Source: Gammaproteobacteria bacterium
Lineage (GTDB): Bacteria > Pseudomonadota > Gammaproteobacteria > SG8-11
Assembly (NCBI GenBank): GCA_031421535.1
Contig: JANOOV010000391.1
Coordinates: 1-61,122 of the forward strand
Reading direction: 5' to 3'
DNA: 61,122 bases
Positions 1-9,834 of the stretch are shown here, piece after piece; position 1 is the stretch's first letter, and every line of letters begins with the position of its first letter. The notes under the pieces are model-generated. The model saw only the letters and a program-made list of their open reading frames with translations, was not told the DNA's origin and made no database searches. Made by a program: the position numbers and the translations under genes.

Positions 1-11
1 GCAGTTTTGTG

Positions 12-131
12 TGTAGGAGCGCCGCCCTCGGCAACTGCTCCTGCGTTGCTCTACCTTCCGCCATCCATGGCGGTCGTCGGCGCGAGGGTGCTGCGGCTCG
101 AAGCCATCGCGGCGAGGGCGCCGCTCCTACA
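12..131. repeat. REP-like inverted pair downstream of the crp-like gene
   Basis: tgtaggagcgccgccctcg at 12-30 recurs as its reverse complement (one mismatch) at 113-131. ORF-track entries 7..249 and 9..197 are translations of this element. Confidence 0.55.
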
Positions 132-145
132 TGCTTCGCTGCCAC

Positions 146-922
146 TCATTCAAATTTATGTTTGGCTGTTTGGCCGGGTCGGCCGGGCGGCGGGTGAATC
201 TCCTGGCGGTACTGCACGTCGGACAACAGGCGCTTCAATTCCGTCTTGACCACGGCGTAGCACTCGCACGCCTGGGCTTCCAGTCCGGCACGGTTAAGCA
301 CGGTAATGTGGCCGCGCCGGTAACTGATCATACCGGCCTGCTGCAATCTCCCGGCGGCTTCGGTAATGCCTTCGCGGCGCACGCCGAGCATGTTCGAGAC
401 CAGTTCCTGGGTCATGACCAGCTCATTGGTCGGCAGGCGGTCCAGCGTCAACAACAGCCAGCGGCACAATTGCTGCTCGACCGAATGGTGCCGGTTGCAG
501 GCGGTGGTCTGGGCCATCTGGGTCATCAGCGCCTGGGTGTAGCGCAGCAACAACCGCTGCAATAATCCGGAGCGACTGAATTCCTGTTTCAGCACGCGGC
601 CCGCCAGCCGGTAAGCATGACCGGCGGTCTGCACCACCGCCGAACTGGGCGTGGTATTGCCGCCCATGAACAGCGAAATACCCACCACACCTTCATTGCC
701 GACTCCGGCGGACTCGGCCGAGGCGCCGGACTCCATCACGTAGTGTAGCGACACAATGCAGGTGGTGGGAAAATAGGCGTGCTGCAACTGTCCGCCGGGT
801 TCGTAGAGGGTGTCGCCGAGGCGCATCGGCACCAGTTCCAGATGCGCCGCCAAGGGTTCGAAATCCGCCGTGGGCAGTGCGGCCAGCAGATGGTTTTGAT
901 TCGGGCTATGGGGTGTTGACAT
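146..922 (-). CDS. Crp/Fnr family transcriptional regulator
   Basis: Part of ORF 146..1204, trimmed to the internal ATG at 922 (MSTPHSPNQNHLLAALP...) because the upstream part overlaps the neighbouring gene. It has a cNMP-binding-like beta-roll followed by a C-terminal HTH (QELVSNMLGVRREGITEAAGRLQQAGMI). Confidence 0.8.
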   Translation of the reverse strand: MSTPHSPNQNHLLAALPTADFEPLAAHLELVPMRLGDTLYEPGGQLQHAYFPTTCIVSLHYVMESGASAESAGVGNEGVVGISLFMGGNTTPSSAVVQTAGHAYRLAGRVLKQEFSRSGLLQRLLLRYTQALMTQMAQTTACNRHHSVEQQLCRWLLLTLDRLPTNELVMTQELVSNMLGVRREGITEAAGRLQQAGMISYRRGHITVLNRAGLEAQACECYAVVKTELKRLLSDVQYRQEIHPPPGRPGQTAKHKFE

Positions 923-947
923 GGTTGACCGTCCTTGACGCTGCGCG

Positions 948-1769
948 CTATTTTTTGAGTTCCACACCGATGCCCCGGTAACCGATGAAACGCGAGAACC
1001 GGTTGAACATCGGTTCGCCGCTGACCATAAATTTTTGTTGCGAGTGATCGGCATTGACACGGCTGAAGACGAAATCCAGGAACGGTTGGCGTGAAGTGAT
1101 TTTCTCCTGCAGCGCGGCGCGCTCCGCCTCATTCCAGCCGGTCGGCGGATCGGTGCGGGTCGTATCTGCCACCAACGCGTCGACGCGGATGCCGAGCATC
1201 TCAAGCACCGGGCCGAACACCTTGGTGAAGCTGCCGTGTTCGTCCTGCTCCCAATACCAGTCGGAGGCCAGTTCCGTCAGGCTGCGATAGCGCGCTTCGC
1301 TTTCGCGCAATTCGGCGGTGCGTTCCTGCACCGTCTGCTCCAGTATCTGGTTGTAATTCTCCAGTTGCTTGTACAGCAGCCGTACTTCCAGCATGTTACG
1401 GATGCGCATGACGACCTCGACCAGATCAAACGGCTTGCTGATGAAATCTCTTGCGCCCGCTTGCAGCGCGCGCAGCTTGTGGGCGGGTTGCGAGGTGATC
1501 ACCAGCACCGGCAGATAGCCGTCCGCCAAGTTGGTCTTGAGGCATTCCATGACCTGGAAGCCATCCATGACGGGCATCTGCAAGTCGAGCAGGATCAGGT
1601 CGTAACGGTGCTTGCGATGCAGTGCGCAGACCTCCTGCGGGTCCATGGTCGAAGCCACCTGGGTGTAACCGGCTTCACGCAGTAATTGCGCCAGCAGCGT
1701 CACGTTGATTTCCTGATCGTCAACGATCAGCAGGCTGGCATTTAAAATGTCGGGCTCGGTCACTTTCAT
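948..1769 (-). CDS. Response regulator (REC domain) with C-terminal PAS-like domain
   Basis: The N-terminus has REC motifs (LLIVDDQ ... DLILLDLQMPVMDG ... KPF). A coiled linker and a PAS-like C-terminus follow. Its ATGA start overlaps the stop of the upstream kinase. Confidence 0.85.
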   Translation of the reverse strand: MKVTEPDILNASLLIVDDQEINVTLLAQLLREAGYTQVASTMDPQEVCALHRKHRYDLILLDLQMPVMDGFQVMECLKTNLADGYLPVLVITSQPAHKLRALQAGARDFISKPFDLVEVVMRIRNMLEVRLLYKQLENYNQILEQTVQERTAELRESEARYRSLTELASDWYWEQDEHGSFTKVFGPVLEMLGIRVDALVADTTRTDPPTGWNEAERAALQEKITSRQPFLDFVFSRVNADHSQQKFMVSGEPMFNRFSRFIGYRGIGVELKK

Positions 1770-3592
1770 ATGCTTTCCCTTTTGACGGCAGGAGTGGATG
1801 CGGTTTCTAGATTTAATGTCAAGTCCAGCGTCTCCATGAGCTCGTGGACCTTGATCGGTTTGGTGAGATAACGGACGAACCCGGCCTTCAGACCGCTCGC
1901 GATATCATGGGGCAAGGCATAGGCGCTGAGTGCCACCACCGGGATGTGCGCGGTGGTCGGGTCTTGCGCCAGGATACGCAGCGCTTCGATACCGCTGATG
2001 TCGGGCAGACAGATGTCCATCAAAATCAGGTCCGGCTGCGCGCTGCGCGCCAGCTCGATGCCCTGCTGGCCGTCGATCGCACTGAGCAGGCGCAGATCGG
2101 ATCGGCGCTCGATGAGTTCTTGGACCAGCATCAGGTTGGCCGGGTTGTCCTCGACATACAGCAGGGTGCGTACCGGCGCGTCGGCTTGAACGTGCGTCGG
2201 GGCGAGCGGGGGTCGTTGCGTCGTCAGGTTCAAATCAATCCAGAACATACTGCCGGTGCCGACCGTGCTTTCCACGCCGATGGCGCCGTCCATCAATTCG
2301 ACCAGTCGCTTGCATACCACCAAACCGATGCCGGTGCCGTTCACGCTGCTTGCCTCGCGACCCAGGCGATTGAAGGGCTGGAACAGTTGTGCGAGTTTTT
2401 CCGGGGATAAGCCCTCTCCGGTGTCCTGAACAGAAATGCGCAGGCGTCCGGGGGCGCGCTCGAAATAGTTCACGACCACGCTGCCGCCGCGCTGGTTGTA
2501 TTTGATCGCGTTGGACAGCAGGTTGATGAGCGTCTGCTTCACGCGCAGTCGGTCGGCGTGTACAAAGTGCGATTTTTCGTCGGGCAGGAAAGTCATACTG
2601 ACGCCGTATTTTTGCGCTTGCGGTTCGACCATTGCCAGGCATTCCTGGATGGCCGCCGTCAGCGCGATCGGTTCCAGCGCCAGCGGCAGCTTGCCGGACT
2701 CGATCTGCGCCAGATCGAGAATTTCGTTGATCAGATCCAGCAGGTACCAACCCGCCTTGATAATCTGGCCGAGGCTCTGCTTCTGCGAGGGCGTCGGTGC
2801 TTGCGGGCCCGCGTCGATGAGCTGGGCAAAGCCCAGAATCGCACTCAGCGGCGTGCGCAGCTCATGGCTCATGCTGGACAGAAAATCCGATTTCGCCAGG
2901 TTGGCTTTTTCCGCCACGGCCCTGGCGCTCTCAAGCTCGACATTTTTTTGTAGCAGCACCTCACTCAGGGTGCGATAGCGTGACTCGCTCTCCTGCATCG
3001 CCGCCGCCATGATCTTGCTTTCGGTGATCTCGGTCAGCGCCATGCGCAGCACCGGCGCATGGCTGTCGTCCAGCGCATAAGTGGTCGCCAGATTAACCCA
3101 GCATTGCGTGCCGTCATTCTCCACCAGCCGCAACTCGCAGGTCTGCGGTCTGCCGGTCGCAATGAGCTGTTGGTGGCACAGGTAATAAATGTCCTGGTCG
3201 GCTTTGTCGATGAAGCGGCTGATCGGCTGCGCGATCAACGCTTGCCTGCTCATGCCCAGCAAGGTGGCGGCGGTGAGGTTGGTCTGCTGGATCAGCCCCG
3301 ACTCGCTGATGGTGCAATAACCGACCGGCGCCAGATCATAGAGGTCGAAATAGCGCGACCGTTCCTGCTCCAGCTCGGCCTGGGTGCGGCGCAGTTCGTC
3401 GTTCTGCATCTCCAGCTCGATTTGATGCACATGCAGGTCGTGCAGCATGTGCCGGATCGCGTCCGGAGACGGGGTCTGGATATTTTCCGACAACGGGGAA
3501 TCCATTTCCCCGGCGAGCTGTTCGGCCTGCCAGCGCAGTGCTGCGTCTGCCTGAGGCAGGTTAGTGTCCGAGTGTTTAGCCATGTTGGCCAT
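1766..3592 (-). CDS. Hybrid sensor histidine kinase (PAS-HisKA-HATPase_c-REC)
   Basis: H-box SHELRTPL, N/G boxes (NAIKYN, DTGEG, GTGIGL), and a C-terminal REC domain (LLYVEDNPANL ... DLILMDICLPDISG ... KPI). Confidence 0.9.
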   Translation of the reverse strand: MANMAKHSDTNLPQADAALRWQAEQLAGEMDSPLSENIQTPSPDAIRHMLHDLHVHQIELEMQNDELRRTQAELEQERSRYFDLYDLAPVGYCTISESGLIQQTNLTAATLLGMSRQALIAQPISRFIDKADQDIYYLCHQQLIATGRPQTCELRLVENDGTQCWVNLATTYALDDSHAPVLRMALTEITESKIMAAAMQESESRYRTLSEVLLQKNVELESARAVAEKANLAKSDFLSSMSHELRTPLSAILGFAQLIDAGPQAPTPSQKQSLGQIIKAGWYLLDLINEILDLAQIESGKLPLALEPIALTAAIQECLAMVEPQAQKYGVSMTFLPDEKSHFVHADRLRVKQTLINLLSNAIKYNQRGGSVVVNYFERAPGRLRISVQDTGEGLSPEKLAQLFQPFNRLGREASSVNGTGIGLVVCKRLVELMDGAIGVESTVGTGSMFWIDLNLTTQRPPLAPTHVQADAPVRTLLYVEDNPANLMLVQELIERRSDLRLLSAIDGQQGIELARSAQPDLILMDICLPDISGIEALRILAQDPTTAHIPVVALSAYALPHDIASGLKAGFVRYLTKPIKVHELMETLDLTLNLETASTPAVKRESI

Positions 3593-6500
3593 TGTGTATC
3601 TCCATTATTCCCTCGGGCTTAAGATCGCTCGCCCGTTCGGTGGTTGCAATTGCATACACCTGCCCGGCTGCATTCACCAGCGCCGTGGCGGTCACCGCGA
3701 CCGCCACGACCGTACCGTCTTGCGTGATTCGTTGGGTAGGATACAGCGCCAATGTTTCAGCTTGGCTCAGCCGGACTACCTTGGCCAGCTCCAGGTCGCG
3801 CAGCGCGGGCGGCAGGCGGTCGCGGATATTCAGCGTCAGCGCCTCGGCTTCGCTCCAGCCATACATGCGTACCGCGCCGGGATTCCAGGCCAGCATGCGG
3901 CCCTCCAGATCCTGCACCGTGATGGCGTCGTGCGCGTCGCGCACCACCACCGCCAGACGTGCCAGGTCGTTGGCTTTACGCAGCGCCTCGCGGGTGCGCA
4001 CCATCTCGGTGATGTCGATAAAGGTAATCACCGCGCCCTCGATCACGTTGTCAACGGTGCGGTAGGGCAGGATGCGCATCGTGTACCAGTTGCCCTCCAC
4101 CGTCTGCACATCCACCTCTTTGGGGATCAGCGTGTTCAGCACGCCCTGCGCGTCGGCCACCATCTGGTCATAACCGACCAGATTGGTGACGGTATGCGCC
4201 ACCGGTCGGCCGACGTCGCTGGGGATCAGATTGATAATGCGGGTGGCGGTGGGCGTAAAGCGCAGGATATGCAGTTGATGATCCACAAACACCGTGCCGA
4301 TGCCGGTGCTTGACAATAAATTGTTCATGTCGTTGCTGGCGCGCAACAGATCCGCCACCTTGGTTTGCAATTCGGCGTTGACCGTGGCCAGCTCTTCGTT
4401 GACCGATTGCATTTCCTCCTTGGAGGTTTCCAGTTCCTCGTTGGTGGATTGCAACTCTTCGTTGACCGACTGCATTTCCTCGTTCGACGATTTGAGCTCT
4501 TCGTTGGAGGTTTCCAGTTCCTCATTGGTGGCCTGCAGGTATTCCTTGTTGGCCTGGAGTTCGTCGTTGAGCGCGGCGATCATTGCGCCTGCGGCCAGAC
4601 GGTCGAATCCGCCGTCGTTCGCTCCCGCGCTCACCGGCACGGGGGTTTGCGGCGCGGTTGCGTGCTCCGGCGGTAGCACCAGCAACTCCTGCGGCGCGCC
4701 CACGCCGGGCGCTTCTTCAATCATGACCAGGTACAACAGCGATTCCGTAATACCGGACGACACCGGGCGCACGGTCAGATTAAGCGTGCTGAAGTGGCCG
4801 TTGGTTTTGACGTGCAGGCCGGGGTAGCGCACCCGCGCTTTGGTCCGGGTGGCTTTATGCAGCGCGGTGATCAGGTCGCGGCGTAATCCTTCGCGCGCCA
4901 TTTTCAGGATGTTGTTGATGCCCGCTTCGCCCGCCGAAGGTTCCAGGTACAAGCCGGTGCGGCCATAAATGTAAAGGATGTCGCCCAGGCCGTTCACCAG
5001 TGCGCCGGACAGCGCGACCTCCTGCAACAGCGCCTGTTCGGTCAGCTCGCGCAGCGACAGTTTCACCGGAGTGGTTCGGGTCGGTTGCAGCAGCGCCGCA
5101 CCCGCCGCATCCAGCGCCTTGCTGGGCGGCAGATACCGCCCCAGGGTTGCGCGCTCCGCGCCATGCACGTCGGGCTTGCGCTGGTACAGCTTCGCCCGAT
5201 GGTCGAGGGTGTTAAACAAGGTGCCAAATTCGCCCACGGTTTCCGAGGTGCCCAGGAACAGGATGCCGCCGGGATTCAGCGTGTAGTGAAACAACGGAAT
5301 GATTTTCTTCTGCAACTCCGCGCCCATGTAGATCAGCAGATTGCGGCAACAGACCAGGTCCAGCTTGGAGAAGGGTGGATCTTTAATCAGGTCCTGCTCG
5401 GAAAACACCAGCATATCGCGGATGCTTTTGTGGATGCGGTAGGCGCGGCCATCGGCCTCGGCGGTAAAAAAGCGCGCCAGCCGCTCGGGCGTGATATCCG
5501 CCGCGATGCTGGCCGGATAGAGTCCGGCGCGGGCGGTCGCAATCGCGCGGCTGTCGATGTCGGTGGCGAAAATCTGCACCTTGAAGGTTTGTTTCAGTAC
5601 CTCCATATGCTCCTGCAGCAGGATGGCGATGGAATAGGCCTCCTCGCCGGTGGAGCAGCCGGTGGACCAGACGCGGATCGTGTCGCCCGTGCTCTTGCCG
5701 CTTAAGAGTTTGGGAATAACCTGATTCTCCAGCGCCAGAAACGCCGCCGGATCGCGGAAGAAATTGGTCACGCCGATGAGCAGATCGCGAAACAACGCCT
5801 CCACCTCGACCGGCGTCTGCTGTAGATAGCGGACGTACTCGTCCATCGCGTCGATTTGATGCACTGCCATGCGCCGTTCAATGCGGCGGTGGATGGTGTT
5901 CGGTTTGTACTGGGAAAAGTCATGACCGGTGTGGACGCGCAGCAGAATGAAGATTTTCTTCAGCGCGCTCTCGGTCCTGGGTGTGGTGGCCAGCGCGGGC
6001 TGGCTGAGATTGCCGAAGGCGTGCGTGGCATAGGCAATGAGCTGGGCCGCCATCTGCGCCGGGGGCAATTCGTAATCCACCAGGCCGGTGGCGATGGCGC
6101 TGCGCGGCATGCCGTCGAACTCGGTGGAGTCGGGGGTTTGGGCCATGACCATGCCGCCCTCGCCCTTGATGGCGCGCACGCCCAAGGTGCCGTCGCTGCC
6201 GGTGCCGGAGAGCACGATGCAGATGGCGCGTTCGTGCTGGTCTTGCGCCAGCGAGCGGAAGAAAAAATCAATCGGCAGGCGCTGGCCGCGCGGCGCGGCG
6301 GGTTCGAGCAATTGCAGCGCGCCGTGCAGAAACGCCATGTCGCGGTTGGGCGGAATAATGTAAGCGCAATTCGGCTGCACCGTCATGCCGTCTTCGACCT
6401 CAAACACCTGCATGCGGGTGTAGCGCCGGATCAGGTCGGTGAGACTGCTTTTGTGGGCGGGTGCCAGGTGTTGAACCAACACAAACGCCATGCCCGGATC

Positions 6501-6674
6501 GACGTCGGCAGGCATGCCGGAAAAAAACGCCTCGAACGCCGCCAGCCCACCGGCCGACGCGCCGATGCCGACCACCGGAAAAGCGGCGCTGGTGGTTTCG
6601 TCTGCTGCTTTGCTCACCTCAACATCAAGCGGCGTTTGCCGGGCTTGCCCCGTGCCTTTTTTTCTTGTTGGCAT
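3576..6674 (-). CDS. CheB methylesterase / CheR methyltransferase fusion protein with coiled coil and PAS domains
   Basis: N-terminal CheB-like domain (VVGIGASAGG ... VLSGTGSDG), then a CheR SAM-methyltransferase core (IRVWSTGCSTGEEAYS). A NEEL-rich coiled coil and two PAS-like segments follow. Confidence 0.9.
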   Translation of the reverse strand: MPTRKKGTGQARQTPLDVEVSKAADETTSAAFPVVGIGASAGGLAAFEAFFSGMPADVDPGMAFVLVQHLAPAHKSSLTDLIRRYTRMQVFEVEDGMTVQPNCAYIIPPNRDMAFLHGALQLLEPAAPRGQRLPIDFFFRSLAQDQHERAICIVLSGTGSDGTLGVRAIKGEGGMVMAQTPDSTEFDGMPRSAIATGLVDYELPPAQMAAQLIAYATHAFGNLSQPALATTPRTESALKKIFILLRVHTGHDFSQYKPNTIHRRIERRMAVHQIDAMDEYVRYLQQTPVEVEALFRDLLIGVTNFFRDPAAFLALENQVIPKLLSGKSTGDTIRVWSTGCSTGEEAYSIAILLQEHMEVLKQTFKVQIFATDIDSRAIATARAGLYPASIAADITPERLARFFTAEADGRAYRIHKSIRDMLVFSEQDLIKDPPFSKLDLVCCRNLLIYMGAELQKKIIPLFHYTLNPGGILFLGTSETVGEFGTLFNTLDHRAKLYQRKPDVHGAERATLGRYLPPSKALDAAGAALLQPTRTTPVKLSLRELTEQALLQEVALSGALVNGLGDILYIYGRTGLYLEPSAGEAGINNILKMAREGLRRDLITALHKATRTKARVRYPGLHVKTNGHFSTLNLTVRPVSSGITESLLYLVMIEEAPGVGAPQELLVLPPEHATAPQTPVPVSAGANDGGFDRLAAGAMIAALNDELQANKEYLQATNEELETSNEELKSSNEEMQSVNEELQSTNEELETSKEEMQSVNEELATVNAELQTKVADLLRASNDMNNLLSSTGIGTVFVDHQLHILRFTPTATRIINLIPSDVGRPVAHTVTNLVGYDQMVADAQGVLNTLIPKEVDVQTVEGNWYTMRILPYRTVDNVIEGAVITFIDITEMVRTREALRKANDLARLAVVVRDAHDAITVQDLEGRMLAWNPGAVRMYGWSEAEALTLNIRDRLPPALRDLELAKVVRLSQAETLALYPTQRITQDGTVVAVAVTATALVNAAGQVYAIATTERASDLKPEGIMEIHNGQHG

Positions 6675-6763
6675 GTTGGTTTCTGTCTGCGCTAGTGTAG
6701 TGCTGCACTCTTGATGGGACTTAAAAATTGCAAATAAACATTGGCCGAATACAGCGAAGCGCT

Positions 6764-6862
6764 CCTTCCCCCTGCAAGGGGGAAGGGGATGGGGGTGTTC
6801 TTATGCGCCAGCCCGATTCAAACCACCCCCATCCCGACCTTCCCCCTTGCAGGGGGAAGGAG
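6764..6862. repeat. Compound REP-like palindrome between two minus-strand genes
   Basis: ccttccccctgcaagggggaaggggatgggggtg (6764-6797) and its near-perfect reverse complement cacccccatcccgaccttcccccttgcagggggaagg (6824-6860). Each arm also contains its own hairpin, cttccccctgcaagggggaag. Confidence 0.7.
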
Positions 6863-6914
6863 TGTAAGCGGTAGCGCCATGCGCACGATGTTTTGATTTT
6901 TCGTGCGCCTGGCG

Positions 6915-8555
6915 CTACGCGGCGCGTCCGGGCGCCGTGAGTGCGAATTTCAATGCCACATCCAGCGCATCCATGAACTCGTTGACCTTAATGGGTTTGG
7001 TCAGGTAGTTCATGAATCCGGCGTCGAGGCCTTTCTGGATATCACGCGGCACCGCATTGGCGCTGAGTGCGATCACCGGGATATGCGCCGTGGTCGGATC
7101 GTCACGCAGAATTTTCATTGCTTCGATGCCGCTGATGCCGGGCAGGTTGATGTCCATCAAAATCACTTCCGGCAGATAAGCGCGCGCAAACTCAACGCCC
7201 AGATTGCCGTTCGCTGCGGAGAGGAGTCGCAGGTCGGGACGGCGCGCAATCAGTTGCTCGACCAGCTCCAGGTTGGCGGGGTTGTCTTCCACATACAGCA
7301 AGGTGCGCTGCGGTACGCCTTCCAGTGTCGGCGGCCGCGCCGACGCGGTATGTTCGGTTTCATGCGCGGTGACCTGCGGTGCGTTGGTCAGCCCCAGTTC
7401 GATCCAGAACACGCTGCCCACGCCGACGGTGCTGTCCACACCGATGTTGCCATCCATCAATTCCACCAGCCGTTTGGTCACCACCAGACCGATGCCGGTG
7501 CCTTCTTCCGCGCTGGTTTCCTTGCCGAGGCGATTGAACGGCTGGAACAGTTGGGCAAGCTGCTGCTCCTCAAGACCCACACCGGTGTCGCGGACGCTGA
7601 TACGAACCGTATCCGGGGGACTCGGGGTGCATTCCACAGTGACGGTGCCGCCCGGCGTGTTGTACTTGATGGCGTTGAACAGCAGGTTGATGAGCACTTG
7701 CTTGACCCGGGTCCGGTCCGCTTTGACAAAGCAGGGGCTGGCGAAGCGCGGAAACGTCATGCCGATGCCGCGCTTTTGCGCCTGCGGCTCGATCATCGCG
7801 CGGCACTCGATCATCACTTCGGCGAGCGAAACCGGCTCGCGCGACAGCGTCACCTTGCCGGACTCGATCAGCGCCAGATCGAGAATTTCGTTGATCAGTT
7901 CCTGCAGGTACCAACCGGCTTTGAGAATCTGGTCGAGGTTGCGTTTCTGCGAAGTCGTCGGCGTCGGCATGCCGGTGTCCATGAGCTGGGCGAAGCCAAG
8001 AATCGCATTCAGCGGCGTGCGCAGTTCGTGGCTCATGCTGGAAAGAAAATCGGATTTCGCGAGGTTGGCTTTTTCTGCGGCGGCCATGGCCTGGTTCAGT
8101 TCCGATTCGACGCGCTTGCGCATCGAGTTGTCGGCGCCGATCAGCAGGTAGCCGATCAGGTCGCCGTAATCGTCGCGCAACGCGGTGATCGACACGATGG
8201 CCGGGAAACGGCTGCCGTCTTTGCAGATGTAGGTCAAGTCGTAGCTGTCTTCGATGCCGCGTGACGCCTTGAAGGCCAAAGCCTCGAAGCCCGGCGCAAT
8301 GGGAGTGGCGAGTTCGAGGCTCAAGGCCTCCGCACGCGCCTGCACTTCCGCCGGATCATGAATATCGCTGGGGTTGATCTTGTTCACGACTTCGGCGGCG
8401 GTGTAACCCAGCATGCGCTCGGCGCCGACGTTGAAAAGCTGGATGATGCCTTTCTCGTCGGTGGCGATAATCGAAAAATTGGCGCTGGTGAGGATCGCGT
8501 GCTGCAAGGCCCCGGTTTTAAGCATCGCCTTTTGGCGTCGTGCTTCGTCGGACAT
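6915..8555 (-). CDS. Hybrid sensor histidine kinase (PAS-HisKA-HATPase_c-REC), paralog of 1766..3592
   Basis: Same H-box context as the paralog (AEKANLAKSDFLSSMSHELRTPLNAILGFAQL), an ATPase domain, and a C-terminal REC domain (LLYVEDNPANL ... VILMDINLPGISG ... KPI). Confidence 0.9.
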   Translation of the reverse strand: MSDEARRQKAMLKTGALQHAILTSANFSIIATDEKGIIQLFNVGAERMLGYTAAEVVNKINPSDIHDPAEVQARAEALSLELATPIAPGFEALAFKASRGIEDSYDLTYICKDGSRFPAIVSITALRDDYGDLIGYLLIGADNSMRKRVESELNQAMAAAEKANLAKSDFLSSMSHELRTPLNAILGFAQLMDTGMPTPTTSQKRNLDQILKAGWYLQELINEILDLALIESGKVTLSREPVSLAEVMIECRAMIEPQAQKRGIGMTFPRFASPCFVKADRTRVKQVLINLLFNAIKYNTPGGTVTVECTPSPPDTVRISVRDTGVGLEEQQLAQLFQPFNRLGKETSAEEGTGIGLVVTKRLVELMDGNIGVDSTVGVGSVFWIELGLTNAPQVTAHETEHTASARPPTLEGVPQRTLLYVEDNPANLELVEQLIARRPDLRLLSAANGNLGVEFARAYLPEVILMDINLPGISGIEAMKILRDDPTTAHIPVIALSANAVPRDIQKGLDAGFMNYLTKPIKVNEFMDALDVALKFALTAPGRAA

Positions 8556-8759
8556 GGTGGATTCCCGTGGAAAGCGTTCTTACAAGCTACTGATGAGAGT
8601 GAGTGGCCCGATGCCTAAATATGGATAGTCGCGCTCCATACTAATGTACGTCGGTACGTTAGCGCACATTTAAGCCGGTTGCAGAGTACCAGATAATGAT
8701 AATGCCCGGCGGCCCTCGATACTCGGTGGCATCAATGAAAAATCAACCTGCCGCCTACT

Positions 8760-9770
8760 TTACAGCGGTACCCTGAAAAACTGCGCGAGCGGCCGACGGC
8801 GTAGCCACCAGCGTTTGAGCGCCGACGCGTCGATGCTATAGGCGGCGCCGTTTAAAAGATGCAAGGTCAGGCGCTGCAAGCGTCGGTTTTTTAGTGCCTC
8901 GGACAACGGCGCAAACCAGGCGGCGTTCATGCTCACCAAAGCTTCGCGCGTTACGGCGGGCAGCACCAGTAAATGATCACCGGGCGTGATCGCGGCGTTC
9001 AGCCAGGCGCGCGCAGCATCGGGTGCGCCGGTGCGCGGTACGTGCGACAACTTGGCCAGACCCAACGCCACGGCATCGTCGCTCCACACCTGCGCCCACT
9101 TTTTTTGCGTAAGCGACGGCACGTGGCCACCGCCCCAGAACCACACGCTGTTAATCGGTAACTCGCCGCGTGCCTCACGCGCGTTATTGACCGGGTGTTC
9201 GTGTAGCAGCATTTGAACTTCGTTGAGCACACCCTGCCAGCGTTTGCCGTGCGCGCCGAACGGCAGATAGTCGTGCAACGAGGCGCCGATGGTGTGCGCA
9301 AGCGGATGCGTGCGCAGCAACGGATCAGCGGATAACATCAGATACCAACGCTCCGGCCGAGGGGCGATGAAGTGCAATCCATCCTGCGTGAAATGCGAAT
9401 TTAATGTCGCGACCAAGTCCCTGGCCTCAGACGGCGCGATGGACAATGTGCGCGGATCCAGCATGCGCAGCACATCACGGTCGGCGACGGCGTGCACCGG
9501 GTCGGCACGCAGACAGTACCCCGGCGGAGGTTCGCCGTGATCAAGAGCGTAGGTGACCGGTGCAATGGGCACGTCGCTGTCGGGCCGCAGCGTGACATCA
9601 AACAAGCGGCACAACACTGTTTCGATATCCGTGTCGGCTGGCGCGCGTTGCGCACGCGTCAATAATAATTCCAGCGCCGCAGCATTACGCTGCACGGCAG
9701 CGTTGGGCGTCGCGCCACGCACATCGGGAATCACTAACGTAAGCGTTAAATGATGGTAACTATTCAGCAC
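8760..9770 (-). CDS. Conserved hypothetical protein (WFWGGG motif)
   Basis: ORF 8760..9890 trimmed to the GTG at 9770, because the first 40 codons are a translation of a REP-like element. I recognise no confident family. Confidence 0.5.
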   Translation of the reverse strand: MLNSYHHLTLTLVIPDVRGATPNAAVQRNAAALELLLTRAQRAPADTDIETVLCRLFDVTLRPDSDVPIAPVTYALDHGEPPPGYCLRADPVHAVADRDVLRMLDPRTLSIAPSEARDLVATLNSHFTQDGLHFIAPRPERWYLMLSADPLLRTHPLAHTIGASLHDYLPFGAHGKRWQGVLNEVQMLLHEHPVNNAREARGELPINSVWFWGGGHVPSLTQKKWAQVWSDDAVALGLAKLSHVPRTGAPDAARAWLNAAITPGDHLLVLPAVTREALVSMNAAWFAPLSEALKNRRLQRLTLHLLNGAAYSIDASALKRWWLRRRPLAQFFRVPL

Positions 9771-9834
9771 AGTTTTATCCCGACGTGTTTCTTGCGCTTT
9801 GATACAGCACTGCCTCGGCGGCCGCTGTTGTTTT

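Noticed and set aside
146-1204. Long N-terminal extensions offered by the ORF track (146..1204, 10365.., 19156.., 20532.., 37782.., 41799.., 50013.., 55077.., 56165.., 59471..)
   Set aside because: The extensions overlap upstream genes or intergenic repeats and precede obvious signal peptides or coupled internal starts. I trimmed each to its internal start.
4340-4560. Tandem-repeat-like DNA (ctcttcgttgaccga.tgcatttcctc... / ggaggtttccagttcctc...) that could be mistaken for a repeat array or CRISPR
   Set aside because: The region is in frame within the CheB-CheR gene and encodes the NEELxS/T heptad coiled coil. There are no unique spacers and no constant repeat length.
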